From Haliotis rufescens (Eukaryota): DNA of 64,000 nucleotides. The translations under genes were made by a program, and so were the position numbers. How positions within the stretch are numbered: position 1 is the stretch's first letter; each line of letters opens with the position of its first letter. Of this stretch, positions 24,783 to 39,042 are shown piece after piece. The notes under the pieces are model-generated. The model ran no database searches. It saw nothing but the letters and a program-made list of their open reading frames with translations, and was not told the origin of the DNA. Location of the stretch: NCBI RefSeq assembly GCF_023055435.1, contig NW_025963857.1, positions 1,178,001-1,242,000 of the forward strand, written 5' to 3'.

Positions 24783-26945
24783 ATGGCAGTGCACCGACAA
24801 ATGACAGACAACTTATTGACGTGCAGCATCTGCATGGACGTCTTTGATGACCCCTGTACACTTGTGTGTTATCACACATTTTGTCGGAAATGTGTCGTTA
24901 GCTACACTAAAACCAGACCAGAAGCCATCAGTGCCAAGTCTCTCCTCTGTCCATTCTGTCGAAAGATGACCAAAGTAGTCAACTCAAACAGGCCAGTTGA
25001 AGAGTGGGCACAGGAGGTGAAACCCAGCTTTTTGATTCAGGGTCTCTTGGATTCATTTAATCCCAAGACAAAAGGTATTTCCGAATAGGTTACCAGTGCT
25101 GAACTCATCCTAACATAGCTACGTTCTTCATATCCCTGGTTTGTGAATTCCTCGTATGTACATTGAAAGGTTAAAGGTTATTTCGTAATATTATAGTTCT
25201 ATTGTTGAAAAATAACTGACACATTTGTATGTATACTTGCAGATACCCCGAAGTGCATCCTATGTAGTGATGAAGGAGCGGCACCTCCAGCCACTGCTTG
25301 GTGTGCTGACTGTGACATCAGTCTTTGTGAGGGATGCCAGAAGGCTCACAGACGTATTCCTGCCCATCGTCACCATGACGTATCTGGCCTGTCCACAGAG
25401 GTCAAAATCAACCAAAGACGCAAACCATTCTGTAAGCAACATCCAGATCAAAGCATGCAGTTCTACTGCCAAGATTGTAAGAAACTGCAATGTCAATCCT
25501 GTTGCATCCTGTATCAAAGAAAGTGTGAGGCAATTCTACCGTTTGAATCCGTTATGCCAGAACTGATCAGCTGTGTTACAGGAGTTAAGGAAAGACTAGC
25601 GTCTCATTTACAAGCAACAGACAGTTTGCTAACAGATTTAGAAACCAAACGGACTGAGGTAATAAAGAACAGAGTCACCGTTCAGTGTCAGATCCGATCC
25701 ACAATCCAGACAGTTACAGAAGCCATAAAGAAGAAGGAACGACAACTCCTGGACCAACTGGATGACGCCACTGAGAAACAGATCGAGCGACTGAAAACTG
25801 AAATGAAGTCTGAGGAGATGGCCAAGCAGATGATAAGTCATCACTCGGTGATGATAGACAGAGCTCTGGAGTCTGGAAGTGAAATTGACATCTATGAGAT
25901 GTACCTGTGGTGTGAGTCAGAGGAGTTTCCTGCAGTATACGACCCAAATTCAGATATAAAATATGAACTGAGAGAGAAAGTATGTTTTATGCATGATTGT
26001 GAAGAGATCTGTAACAATATACACGAGGTAAGCTTGGGTGAAATTAAGACCATATATGAAGATATGTTTGATTCTACATCGACATTAGTTCTGCACGACA
26101 CAGTGGACATACAAACAGAAGATGAGACAAGTTTACCTCATGTTTATGATGTGGCAGTGTTCAATGAAGGTGGTACAGACACCATAGTTGTAACTGATAA
26201 TAACAACAAGTGCGTCAAATCCTTCTACACACGCAATACTCAACCATTTCAGAGTAAGCTCTCTGTTCAGAGCCCCCCTCGGCGGATTGCAAAACTTAAT
26301 GCCCATCACATGGCCGTGACCCTTCCCGAGACAAGGGAGATAATAGTGATTGAAGTGAACCCTGACCTTGTTCTTCAATCATACATTTCAACGAGGAAGA
26401 AGTACTTTGGTCTGACGGCCCTGACTCCGACTACCCTGGCAGCAGGATCCGGGTCGCCTCCCTGTGTGGACATCCTGGACATGGCGGGGAATGTATTGAG
26501 GACGCTGAATCGTGTCACAGATGGGGGAACCCTTGTATCAGATCCTTTATTCCTATCTACCACCAGTCAAGGTTACATCCTGGTGTCTTGCAGTCATGCC
26601 CCAAGAAGTCATTTGCTATGTATGACACCAAACGGAGATGTTGTGTTTAATTATGTACCCACAGGACAACACCGACCAATGAATCCATGCGGCATCACTG
26701 GAACAAACACAGGCGACATGCTTGTTGTTGACGACATGTCAAACAAAGTGGTTCATTTGAGTAGTTCAGGCACTTGGTTGAGAGACGTACTGACGTCAAG
26801 GGATGGCATCACGTTCCCTTATGGCCTGTACTTTGATAAGCGAAGGCGTCTGTATGTCACCAACCGCCACTGTGTGATGGTCTACAGGTTCATAACACGC
26901 ACCAAACCAAGAGGACATGAGAGTGATCTCGGTCATTTTGAATAG
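24783..26945 (+). CDS. TRIM-B2: RING/B-box/B-box/coiled-coil/NHL-like TRIM protein, 664 aa, possibly impaired
   Basis: Exons 24783-25074 and 25243-26945 join in frame across a phase-1 GT-AG intron. B-box2 His is changed to Gln (YQRKC vs YHRKC). A 1-nt deletion near the stop extends the C-terminus (GHESDLGHFE). The candidate first exon and promoter are absent upstream. Confidence 0.8.
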
Positions 26946-29131
26946 TGTAGGCGTGTTTACTGCTACTTCCGTGGTCCGAGGGCTGTGACTGTGTTCGATC
27001 CTGATGATGAGGTGACAGATGATGATAGATGCACAGAGGACGCAAGCGCATTGTAATGAAACAACATGTTTACGAAACATTTACTTTTGGAAGGTAAAAT
27101 AAAATCATTTTGTTAAGCTGTGTCCCCCTTTGTATTGACATGTGCATAACAACTATTGTATTAAAAGTGTTGTATATTTTGGCTTTGGCGTGATTCGATT
27201 ACTATTTTGAGGTGATAAAACAAGGCTGACAGTGTGCAGCCACGTTATACTGCGGCGTGGTATCTCAGTGGGCTAGAACTATAAAGCCGGCATTATGGGA
27301 CGAGAATGTTATATTGGTGGGGGATGTGGGGGGCTGTGATGGGTGGGTACACGGATGGGTAGTAGATGGGTGAAGGAGGGGTAGACTAGTAGTTAGAGCG
27401 TTCAAAGGTCCTAGATCCTAGTCCCCGCATGGATTCAATGTATGAAGCCCATTTCTGGTGTCCCCCGTGGCCTAAAATCATAGTAACATAATGTTGACTG
27501 TTGTATGCGTGACTACTTCTTACTCTGCCAAACATTAAACAGCTGATGACGTCACTGTTGTTCCCGACAACGAAACACGGGTAAAAACTGGGTTCACATC
27601 AACACAAATAACACCTTACATCGAGTGTCTCAACAGAATTTGAGAAAAAGCAATAAACACAAACACCCCTGGAAAATCAAATGTGCAATTGAAGAAGGGA
27701 CACTGTCATATGTAAATGGTGACTTTTTAATTGAAACATACCTGCCATTAGAGAAACTACAACCTGCTTCTACGCGGATGTGACACTTGCATCTGTAGGT
27801 TTAGCACCCTTAATCACAAGCATATTCTACGTCAAATAAACGGAAACATTTGCCATTTATATGTGTATGATCTGGGCAGAATATTATTTCGAGAACAGAA
27901 GCATATATGCTGTGTAGGATCCTGTTTACAATTCACGAAACATCCGTAACCGATCATATACCGTTTTACCGATTGAAGCAAACTTATTATTTACAGAAAT
28001 AACCTTTGGGCAACGAGAAAGTACGTGTTATCTGTTCCCAGTGGTATATAGTGAGTCCAGAGCCTTGGCGAGGTACCAATACTGTCGATGAAACGGATGT
28101 TTTTCTGTAAACTATTTTCCATACTTATGATAGATAACCTTGGCATTCACGACTGTTTCACGGGATTATAAGTATATGTAAATTAACAAGCTTGTCGGCA
28201 GTGTTGTGATCGCTCATGTTTTCTAAACTTGTCCTTGGATGAATGAACAAAACAGTATCAATATATGTAAGAAACGGGGGCACATGAGACTTTAACCACC
28301 ATTTCTCCCTTCACATCACACAGCGTTAACTGATGTTTGTTACAAAGACATGCGTCGTGTTCAACGAAAAGAACCAAGCGCTGAAACGATCCCTTTTCAC
28401 ATCTTTTAACATAAATTCCCGTCGTAGAACGAGTTCCATAGTAGTGTAGTGTGTGTTATGTATTGATTTAAACAAGAGAGACAATCTGTACAAAGGTAGT
28501 GACTGCACTTTTATTATGACAGAAATGTTAACACACGGATATGCATGTAAGTGTTTACAAATAAACTGACAGGAAGTGGTTAATGGTTTAATTATCAGAG
28601 TTTTATTGTATTTACAAATATATAATTATATACTTCACGAGGCAACAAGGCTTTACTTTCCAGCAGTCGTTTACATGCCACAAAAAATGCGCGCCAATTG
28701 TTTATTTGTTGTTCGTCGCAGCACTCGGCAATATTCCAGCTATATGACGGTGGTCTGTAATTAATCGAGTCTGGTCAGATAGTCCAGTGATTGACATCAT
28801 GAGCATCGATCCATGTATTTGGGATACGATGACGTGCAATCAACCAGGTCACCTGATCCATTAGGTCGCCTCCAACAACTGGCACGCGTTGTTGGTGACC
28901 TTTGCTCTTGCCCGAAATCCGCCCTTCCCTCCACTCCCCGCTAACTTAAATCTACACGTAATACATGCACATTCAGTAACGGAATATTTGTTTGACGAGT
29001 GACAATTCCAGTTCTGTGCATTCATTGTTCACATTCACCACATTGTTGTCTCACAGCTTCACATCAATGTCAGACACAAACATCGCGAAAACCTGGTGTG
29101 GGAACATTAAAACTGCGCACCCCCCAACCAC

Positions 29132-29465
29132 GGTATTGCCTAAAAGTCGGACCGGGCCGGGCCAAGACGGGCCAAAGTGTTATTGGCTAATTACTTCATT
29201 ATCGGCGATCATATCTACATATTATTGATGCAACATACACACATGACACTACTGATCAATCACCAATCCAAAACGGGCAGCATAATTAAGTAATTCGGAG
29301 TAAATCACTTAAAAACTAGAAAGTGGAGCTATGTGTTAGCGTCGCTGATCTAATCAACTTTAATCACACAGATGAATCATCAAATGTGATTAAATCTATA
29401 GATCAGTGTTATATCTACTTATACACCAATTAATAATGTCACAGATCGCAGTATTTATAGAAAAC
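29132..29465. mobile_element. One-ended fragment of the same Mutator-like element as 305-1585
   Basis: Starts GGTATTGCCTAAAAGTCGGACCGGGCCGGG and matches 305-~510. No right TIR. Flanked by an imperfect ~45-bp duplication (29084-29131 and 29466-29503). Confidence 0.8.
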
Positions 29466-30007
29466 GCGAACACCTGGTGTGGTAACTGCGCAGCCCCCAA
29501 CCACTGCCCCGCATAATAGTTCTTAAACGTTCTTCTTTCTTTTAAGAAGCAGAATCGGTGCACTTAATTCGAAGGGTAAAATTAACGTATCGGTTTGATT
29601 AGTTTCAACACAATCAGTTAATGCACTAACGCGTCACTGGATATTCTGGTTCAACGATCACTTGATTGTCTGGTTTGTTTACAGGCCGCCGTCTCACGAT
29701 ACGAGTACAGCTGTGCCGCGTCAGGGACAAATACTTCCTTTGTCATGAAAATTGTGTGATTGGCGAGTTCTACCGATAGGGCCGGACATGCTTACCCTTT
29801 TCGCGAACACCTGGTGTCATCACCCAATATCAGTTGTCCATCCATATAAATTTCATAACTAATTTGCACTTTACGTCAAATTTTAATCTGTTTCGGCGGA
29901 CAGTCTAGACTGATTGTTCTCTTGTATTGGAAATTCATATTTACATAAACTATGGTCACTCAGATGGTGACGGATTCTATCAGGAACAATCGTTATGCGT
30001 CCACATC

Positions 30008-32776
30008 TTAGGTGTTTCTTGTAAATCTGTAGATCTTCACACAGTGACCAGTGGTGACATACAGGTGCTGACTTTCAGACAGGCAGACACCATACGGAGA
30101 TGTAATACCATCACGTGACGTCAACACTTTCCTCACATACGTCCCAGAAGCGCTGAGTTGAATCACACAATTTGCAAGGAGATCTATAACCAGGATATGT
30201 CCTGTGTTGGTTTTAGTGATTCCACGAGCGGAAGGACTCTGCTGTGTAGGATGATACCTGAACACAACATCTCCATGAGGAGTCAGACAGAGGACCCTGT
30301 GAGCGTATCCAAGGCAAGACACGAGGATGTTACCCTGCCTGGTGGTACTGAGGAAGCAAGGAGCTAATACAAGTCTCTCTCCATCTGTGACAGGATCCAG
30401 GGTCCTCAACACATTCCCCGCCATGTCCAGGATGTCCACACAGGGACGAAACACGGATCCTGCTGCCAGGGTTGTCGGTGTCAGGGATGTCAGACCCTCA
30501 TACGTCTGCCTTGTAGAGATGGATGATTGAAGAACCAGCTCAGGCTTCACTTCTACTATTATTATTTTCTTAGTGTCAGGGAGAGTCACAGCCATTTTAT
30601 TGTTGTTTAATTTTGCAATACATCGAGGAGCGCTTTGTACCCCCAGCTTACTCTGACATGACATCTTGTTTCTTTTGTAGAAGGATTTCACACACTTGTT
30701 GCCATGATCTGTGACAACTGTGGTGTCTGTGTTGTCGACAACAAACACTGCCACGTCAAGAGCATTGGGTTTCTTCTCATCATCTTCTGCCTGTATGTCC
30801 ACTGTGTCATACAGAACTGCTGTTGATGGAGAATCAAAAACATCAACAATGATATCAATCACACCCAAGTGTAGATCGTTTAGTTTCCCACACATCAGAT
30901 GACGATCGTGTATGAAACAAGCCTTGCCCCCAGATACATCATCCATACCTGACTCCGGGACACACACAGTGGCTGCCTCCTCCGACTCACTCCACAGATA
31001 CATCTCACAGATGTCCACGTCACTCTCAGACTTCAGAGCTCTGCCCAGGAACTCCGAGTGTTGACGAATCATCTGCCTAGCCATCTCCTCACGCTTCATG
31101 TCCCCTATCAGCTGTCCTATTTGTTTCTCTGTGACGTCATCTATTTGTTCCAGGAGTTGTCTTTCCTTCTTCTTTATCAAGTCAATGGCGATGTGGGTTG
31201 CTGATCGGACCTGAGACTGAAGGCTTGACTTGTTCTTATTAATTTCAGTACATTGTGCTCCCTTCTTTGCAAGGCGAGTGTTTGATGTTGCTAAATCAGA
31301 CTCTAGTTTCTGTTTTACAGATTGAAGAGTGTTTTGCATTTCAGGCAACACAGACTCAAGCGAGACAATGGACTCACATTTTCTGTGATACAAGATGCAA
31401 CACGATTGACATTGTAGTTTCTTACAGTCCTTGCAGTAGAACTGCATCCTCTGATCTGGATGTTCTTTACACATAGGTTTGCGTCTTTTCTTCACCTTGA
31501 CATCCCTTGACAAATCACATACGTCATGGTGACGGGTGGCAGGGATACGTCTATGTGCCTTCAGGCATCCATCACAGAGTGAGACATTACATTCGACGCA
31601 CCAAGCATTGGCTGGAGTTGTCTCCCCGTCCTCAACACATAAGTTGCAGTTGTATTATGGTGACATAGATAATTTTTAAGGTGGTGTACAGAGAAATATA
31701 GGTTCTATTAGGATGCACTTATAAAGTGCTTCACATGGATAGAAAATATGAATATAAGAGCACCTATTTGCGTCATCTTTATAAACACAATTATCCTTTC
31801 CTTTATCAGTACCCATTTAAGGGGCAGCAGGGGCGCAGTCTTCTAAATCTGCATGTCTGCATCCCTCAAATCCCAGAGTCGCCCTCATTATGTTCCATGG
31901 TATGTCGGTACCATTCGTGTGCTCGTGCGTTTCACCAAAGTGACATTTGACATCGGATCGAGTTTTCCACACACATCAAACTGACACGCGATGCTATAAC
32001 TGGAATAATCAAGAACGCATTTCACGTTTAGGTTGGTTCATTTTGGAATTCCAACATAGAAAATACAGTACCTGTTAAAAAAATGTACCTGTCAACTGGT
32101 AATAAAAAAACCTACAAGCAGCACTCGTCTTTAAAAGCTTACAAGTCATTCTTGCGATGACATGTTAGAATATCACTAAAAATATAATTCTATTAAACTT
32201 GAAAATTACAAAATTAGGTTAATACAACAATAAATTGAGAAATGTATTTTTGTGTTTGTATGCAATAATAAAGGCGTTAACATTACGTGGCATTGTGACC
32301 AGACAAGGTCAATTACCTTACTTCAGAATCAATAATTTGTCTCAAACGAGCAAACGAGCAAATATGTTACAGGATTGACTGCAGGTCCAATAGTGTGCCA
32401 CTGAAAGAAATGACAGAGATATTCAAGTAATGTTATATGTATTGAGTGGAAGTCCAACCACCATGGTCTGGTGTACACTTATACCTTGACTGCAGGGAGC
32501 GAAGGAATCCATGAGACCCCGAATCAAAAAGCTGGGTTTCACCTCCTGTGCCCACTCTTCAACTGGCCTGTTTGAGTCGGCTACTTTGGTCATCTTACGA
32601 CAGAATGGACAGAGGAGAGACTTGGCACTGATGGCTTCTGGTCTGGTTTCAGTGTAGCTAACGACACATTTCCGACAAAATGTGTGATAACACACAAGTG
32701 TACAGGGGTCATCAAAGACGTCCATGCAGATGCTGTAAGTCAGAAAATTGTCTGTCAATGTCTTGTGCATCGCCAT
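30008..32776 (-). pseudogene. TRIM-A3: RING Cys1 changed to Tyr and exon-2 splice acceptor deleted
   Basis: Exon 1 (32776-32485) reads NFLTYSIC. A 28-nt deletion at ~31651 relative to A4 (TATTTGTTCCTGATAAGAAATATACACA) removes the acceptor AG. The exon-2 frame itself is open to 30008. Confidence 0.85.
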
Positions 32777-34035
32777 CTGTAATAGTAAAACATATTTATG
32801 AACAAACAATTTTAGATTTTGACCCTTTTGTGAATTACATATTTTCAGTTGAGGTGAAGTGAAAGATTTATCATCATAATTTCAAGTAATGACTTGTCCA
32901 GCTCCAGCAAAGCTAATTACTACACTAACACTGAGACAGACTTATATATCGTCTTTGAAATATTTTATTACACATAACATTTCTCTCTTCTTAAATAAGA
33001 ACAATTAATTTTCCTGATGCTGATTTCCTAGGGCTTCTTACAGCTGGCTAGGACTGGCTAGACTTGTTTTTATATAAAACTAGATAGGTTTTGCTTTTAT
33101 AAAATACATATTCCACAGTAATGGTGCAGGACTACATTCAAGACTACTATAATAGTAGAACATTATCTTCTAAATTGTAATTTGACAAAAGTTTGCATAG
33201 CTCTTTCTGGACTCCGTTATAGCTCACGTGATTTTTTTTATTGAAAGTGGCATTGTGGAAATATTTTAAGAGAACTTAGATTTTGTACAAGTTGCAACAA
33301 ATGATGTCAAAATGTATAATTAGTTCAGAAAATAGTATCTAAATCACTAGTTTTACCACAATGGACATGTAAACAAATTTTGCAAAATATTGCACAGAAT
33401 CCATAAGAATATATTTGTTCATTTGTTATGCTCTGAGAACTTGTAACAACCCGGCCTTTGGCCTCACCCGTATCATGAAAACATACTGATTGATTTGTTG
33501 ACTGATTGGTTGGTTGGTTGGTTGGTTGGTTTCAGGACATCGCAAGTTTACGACAAGTTTCAGTATTTTGTAACATCCCATGCATGAACCACCGCCAGCT
33601 CAATCATGTTGAAACGTCTGTAAAATGCTTATATATGGACATGACTCATTCCAGCACATTTGCATAACGAAAGTAGAATCTTTGATTCTGTTGGCTGACC
33701 CAGGGAGGGGTGGGGGGTGCCCAAGGTCCCCCTCCTCTTTAAAGACAAATTGTGTACGCAGTAAACTTATCTGAACGAGGATTTGGATATGTTGGACCCC
33801 TCCCCAGAAATGCTTGATCCGCCCTTCTATTCTAGGAACAGATGGACTCGTGCAGCATAAATAACACTGACATCTGTTACTTTAATAAAAACAAGTTTTG
33901 ACAATGGATCTGGATCTATATTGCTGACATTGTCTTATATCTCAATCTTATAATCAAACACACGCAGAGACCATACGACCATGTACAACCAGGAAGTATG
34001 AAGCTATTTTCACACCTTCCATACACCTGTGGCAT

Positions 34036-34174
34036 GTCACACTCATCAAGTACATACGGGACGTCACACTGATCAAGTATATACGGGACGTCGCACTGAT
34101 CAAGTATATACGGCACGTCACACTCATCAAGTATATACGGGACGTCAAACTGATCAAGTATATGCGGGACGTCA
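34036..34174. repeat. 27-bp minisatellite x5
   Basis: Same unit as 6154-6535. Confidence 0.9.
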
Positions 34175-35447
34175 AACAAACTTGCATGTTGCCAATGCTC
34201 ACATTACCTTTAATTGTCAGTGGTTTAACCTCTCATTCTTCCAGTCTGCCTGACGCCATGTCGGCTGTGTCGATTGTGACGTGTTAAGAGGCGGTTCGCT
34301 AAACTGGTATGCGTTGTCTGATGCGCACATACTGGTAACCAGTCTAGTCACTGCAGGTAAAACACTGATCGCGACTGACATGCAGGGACGCGTCCAGTGT
34401 ATACTCCACAACAGTGCTTCGTTTTCCTGATGTTTGTTTTTTGTCGTCTATTTATTGTTTATCAGTGTATCTGTAATTTATTGAACTATTTGAAAGAATT
34501 GACTTATTCGATTCCTATATGATCATCCTACATTTTCTATGCATGAATCACATGAGTCAAAATTAATGTAAAGAATATTTGATTCCATTCAGTTTGGCTT
34601 AGTTCCCCACTGGGAGCTCAGTTGTGTAAGGCGCGTAATAGACTGTGCAGAGTTGCTTCCCTTAGACCATGCCCGATGTCGTTAGTTCGGATCACAGATT
34701 CGCCCTGATTGTTTCTGGGGTTGTCAGCACCATACCTGTGCACGTGAGTTTCACCAAAGTTGTAAACGTCTATTAACTACATCGAGTCCGGCCACAAACA
34801 CTCTGCCGGCGTGATGTAACTGAAATACTGTTAATTAAGCGGTGTTTAAGTGTATCAGCGAGTGAGTTATGGTAAACTTTGAAAGGTGGTTCAGTTAATC
34901 AGGTGGGGAAACTACAGGCACGGGCATGGTGCGGGCAGCAAAAGCATCATAATCAAGGCAAAGCTGGAATTCCCAAACACGATTATAGGTTCCTGGCATG
35001 AAGCAAAGTACAGCAACTCTGTACAGCTAACTTTTGAGCCTTCGATCCCAAGGCCGCGTCATACCCAAACACGTTAAAAGATAATACTTGTTGTTTCCCT
35101 GCCTGGCGCTCGGTGTTTAGGGAATAAAACAAGGAGTGGCCGGTTCATTTTCAATATACATGTGTGCGGGTATCCAGTACAAACTGCAGCAAAGTGTTTC
35201 CCTCCCCCCTCTTCCACCTACACCTATACCCACACACATCCGACTCTCAATATCCCTCAACCCTAGCCCCAACACAAAACACCCTCACCCTGCAAGTCAT
35301 GTTGGTCCTGCCTGTAATGTACGTTCATCAATCGTAATACCGTAATACCGTTAATCAGCTGTTACGACGTATGTTGATGTCATCTGACATGGTGATTTAA
35401 TATGTGTAATACAGCAACGAAATCTCGCAGTACAGATTCCAAGACGC

Positions 35448-35584
35448 TCAACACAAGTTGCAGAAGCGGGCACAGTTGGCGGACGCCCAGTCTTTGTACA
35501 CTGGCGCACACGAGTGAGGGTAGGAGTCACAGTTGCTCCACTTGTCGACACAGGTCGCCGGCAGCGTGTGACGTACTGTTGCCC
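35448..35584 (-). pseudogene. Orphan terminal exon of the ShKT gene (unit 3)
   Basis: 137-nt exon with intact acceptor, six Cys and TGA. No upstream exons of the gene in this unit. Confidence 0.85.
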
Positions 35585-36462
35585 CTGGCAGGATGACATT
35601 GAAACACTGTAGGATTACGTAATACTTTTAGACATTGTAATTGGTAAGGGACTTCACTGTATGTTGTGGAACGGATGGAAAGAGAAAACTCACCAGCACA
35701 TGATATACACGCTATACAGTATACACTACACCCCACACGTTATGTATTCTACACTAAACAGTGATATAAACCTGCGGCCAAAACAAACTTTACAAATTAA
35801 TAAATGAAATTGCAAAAAATTAAAAACACAAGTTCAAATTAATCAATGCAAACACATCGTCCAAACAATACTCTATGCAGAAAGTGATACACGTCCACAC
35901 GGGTTGTACTAGTATGTAAAGGCAGCTTGTGGTCACCCGTGGTTTACAACGGTTCATTTTTGTAAATTATTAACACGTCCATGTCTTTCAATAATTGCAC
36001 CCTCTTTGAGCTTACAATTGATTGCAGGAGTTTTTTTTATGAAACTGCATGTGGAGATATGAGCGACACTCACTTTTTCGGTCACCAGAATGCATTACGT
36101 CATAAAAAATATTGCAATATCTCATGATACCTGACGTGAACAATACAAATCAATATTTGAACCGAGAGACAAGAAGCTACATCATAATGTCGTCATTAAG
36201 TTTCTTCACGACAGGTTTTTATATGAAGGGATTTGGGACATTTTCAACTGATTCAAACAATCGGTCGTCTGAAATCCTGAAAGAAAAGGGTAAATATTCA
36301 CATGGACGACCCGGTACAATTCAATCCACAATTGAATGAATTCTGCCAGTGCTGAACAAAGTATGAAAATAACATGACTGAGTAATTGGATGTCGCAGAC
36401 ACGTGTAGATATAAATGATCATATCATACATTTCAAGTTGTATAATGCCCTTTTGTCAAGGA

Positions 36463-36722
36463 CACCGCCTCCTTGGTAGAGCGCCCGCCCCGAGAGCGGA
36501 AGGTCCGGGTTTCGATCCTCGACCGCGTCATACCAAAAGACGTTAAAAGATGGTACTTGTTGTTACCCTGTCTGGCGCTCGGTATTAAGGGGCTAAAACA
36601 AGGACTGGTCGGCTCGGAATCAGTGTACTGTGTCTGAGTAAGGTATTCATGTTAAACTGCGGCATGGTGTCTCAGTGAGCTAGCACTATAAATCGGCATC
36701 AGTCCGGACTACTACAAGCAGC

Positions 36723-36775
<53 letters not shown>

Positions 36776-36835
36776 ACATGCACGTCGCTATATAAGTGCA
36801 ATAATCTTGGACGCAACGTTAAACCCCATTTCACC
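36463..36835 (+). mobile_element. Near full-length tRNA-derived SINE with TSD (central part resembles the Meta-type domain)
   Basis: TGGTAGAGCG...GGTTTCGATCC head, central CGTCATACCAAAAGACGTTAAAAGATGGTACTTGTTGTTACCCTGTCTGGCGCTCGG, internal (CA)n, tail CGTTAAACCCCA. TSD TTTGTCAAGGA at 36452-36462 and 36836-36846. The domain assignment is from memory and unverified. Confidence 0.85.
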
Positions 36836-39042
36836 TTTGTCAAGGAGACAAAAATGTTAATCACTTAATATACATACATATACACTATAAATCTGTTTAT
36901 TAATTATTTAACCCTAAACGTCTCCAGACACTAAACACTATACACATGTACAACCCACTTAACACCATACACAACCCACTTAACACCATACACAACACAC
37001 TAATTGGTTCTCATAATGGACTCTAACTTCAGCAAATACTTTTCTATAATAATGGAAAGTATTTTTCAACTTTTTTTGACTGCTCTTTGAACAATAATTC
37101 AGCAATATAACTGCTTATCAGCTTAATGTCTGAGAATGGGCCCTGTTTGTAACTTATAGTAATTGTAATATTGAAATATACATACCTTCACACGATAGTG
37201 GCTCAAATTACAACATGCGCTTCAACATCCACTATCGTTCCTTTGTTTCAGGATATTTGGTAAAGCATTTAAACCATTTCACAAAAATTGAACTTGTAAA
37301 TACTCAGTTTCATTGTATTCCCGACATATGACAACACTTCCTCAAAACCAAACATCGCCTCAGGTGCAATATGTGTGCAGTCATACAAAGACTTGTACAA
37401 TACAAATGTTATACTGCATTAACTATCGATATTGCAACATATGGTGACCACCTAGCTCAGAAAGTCGTTATGTACACAATATACTTAGCTGTGTGAGAGC
37501 GTTTATGCATGAGCAGCCTGTGTCAGTATACAGCCCCGCCTCTTACAATACCGAGACAGACAGTCAGTCCAGCAGAATGGCTGGAGGAGACATCTGACGA
37601 AGCTAAAGGTATTTTCTTGATGACTGAGCAAGTATGTTGTCTGGTGCTACATCATAGTGAAGTGGTGTTTTCTTTGTTTCTGTGTCGAGGTATACTTTCT
37701 GTTTGTTGTATTGTACATGGTCTTCCTATTGGACAGCATTTTCTGACATTACTATTAGTGACACAAGACTGAAACTGGACCATCAGGTTCATGTTTACAG
37801 CTCTTCTTAACATGTATCAATTAATACTTCAATTACAAACATCTGACTGTCTTGCAAACCATGACAGGTGCCTTTCATTGACAATATCTAGGTACATATA
37901 TTATTCCCATGACATTATCTCAATAATCATGTTTATGTTTTCATAGCAACTGAGACTGTCTCCGTGGTCTAGTGGGTAGAGCGACTGCCCAGACAGCAGA
38001 AGGTGTCTAGTCCGATCCCCGGCCACATCCTCGGCATTAAGGAGCTAAGACAAGAACTGGTCGGCTTGGAGTCAGTATATTGTGTCGGAGTGTGGTATTC
38101 ATGTTAAAGGGGCACGGGTGGCCCAGTCATCTAAGGCGCCGTGATTCGCTGTGCACAGTAGCGTCCCTTGGGCACGTCAGAAACCTATGATTGTGGGTTC
38201 GAATCCTGGTTCGCCCCGATTATGTTTCTAGGTTTGTCAGCACCATACCCATGCTCGTGGGTTTCACCGAAGTGGTAAACGTCTGAGACCTGCATCACTT
38301 CGGGCATTCCTCCCACATTAGCTGACACGCCTGATATAACTGGAATACTGTTAAAAGCGGCGATACAACCAACTCACTCACTCACTTTTCATGTTAAAAT
38401 GCGGAATGCTAGCTATATGAAACCGACTTTAANNNNNNNNNNNNNNNNNNNNNNNNNNNNNNNNNNNNNNNNNNNNNNNNNNNNNNNNNNNNNNNNNNNN
38501 NNNNNNNNNNNNNNNNNNNNNNNNNNNNNNNNNNNNNNNNNNNNNNNNNNNNNNNNNNNNNNNNNNNNNNNNNNNNNNNNNNNNNNNNNNNNNNNNNNNN
38601 NNNAAACACACAGACACACACGTGCACCTTATGGGATTCGCGCAATAACGCAATAACTAGTTCCAAAACATAACTTTGTCTTTGTATTGTGGAGTGATTA
38701 TTTGGGAACTGTGAAATGACACTGAGCTATTTTCAGGCATTTATATTTTCATCCACAAAACTGTAACTCATGAACTGAGCTCTCACGTATTGACCGCCTT
38801 TATATGTTGTTCAACATTGTTGTCATTGATAGGTATTGGAACATGAACATGTGTCGGAGGAACATGAGCACATAACTAACTACTTCATGTCTTTAAAGAT
38901 CGTTGTATCATATCTACTCTCTGTGAGTTCATTATTGAAAAAAACTGCCCGTATATCATTCAAAAACAAAAATGGGTTCTTCTGGATGAAACGTGTATGA
39001 TGTTAAGTTGAGAGTGCCAATATTTTTATTTTAACATTTTAG

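Noticed and set aside
35690-35736. Possible new upstream exon (donor CTG|gtgag) for the orphan ShKT exon in units 1 and 3
   Set aside because: No ATG, and the unit 1 counterpart has an in-frame TAA.
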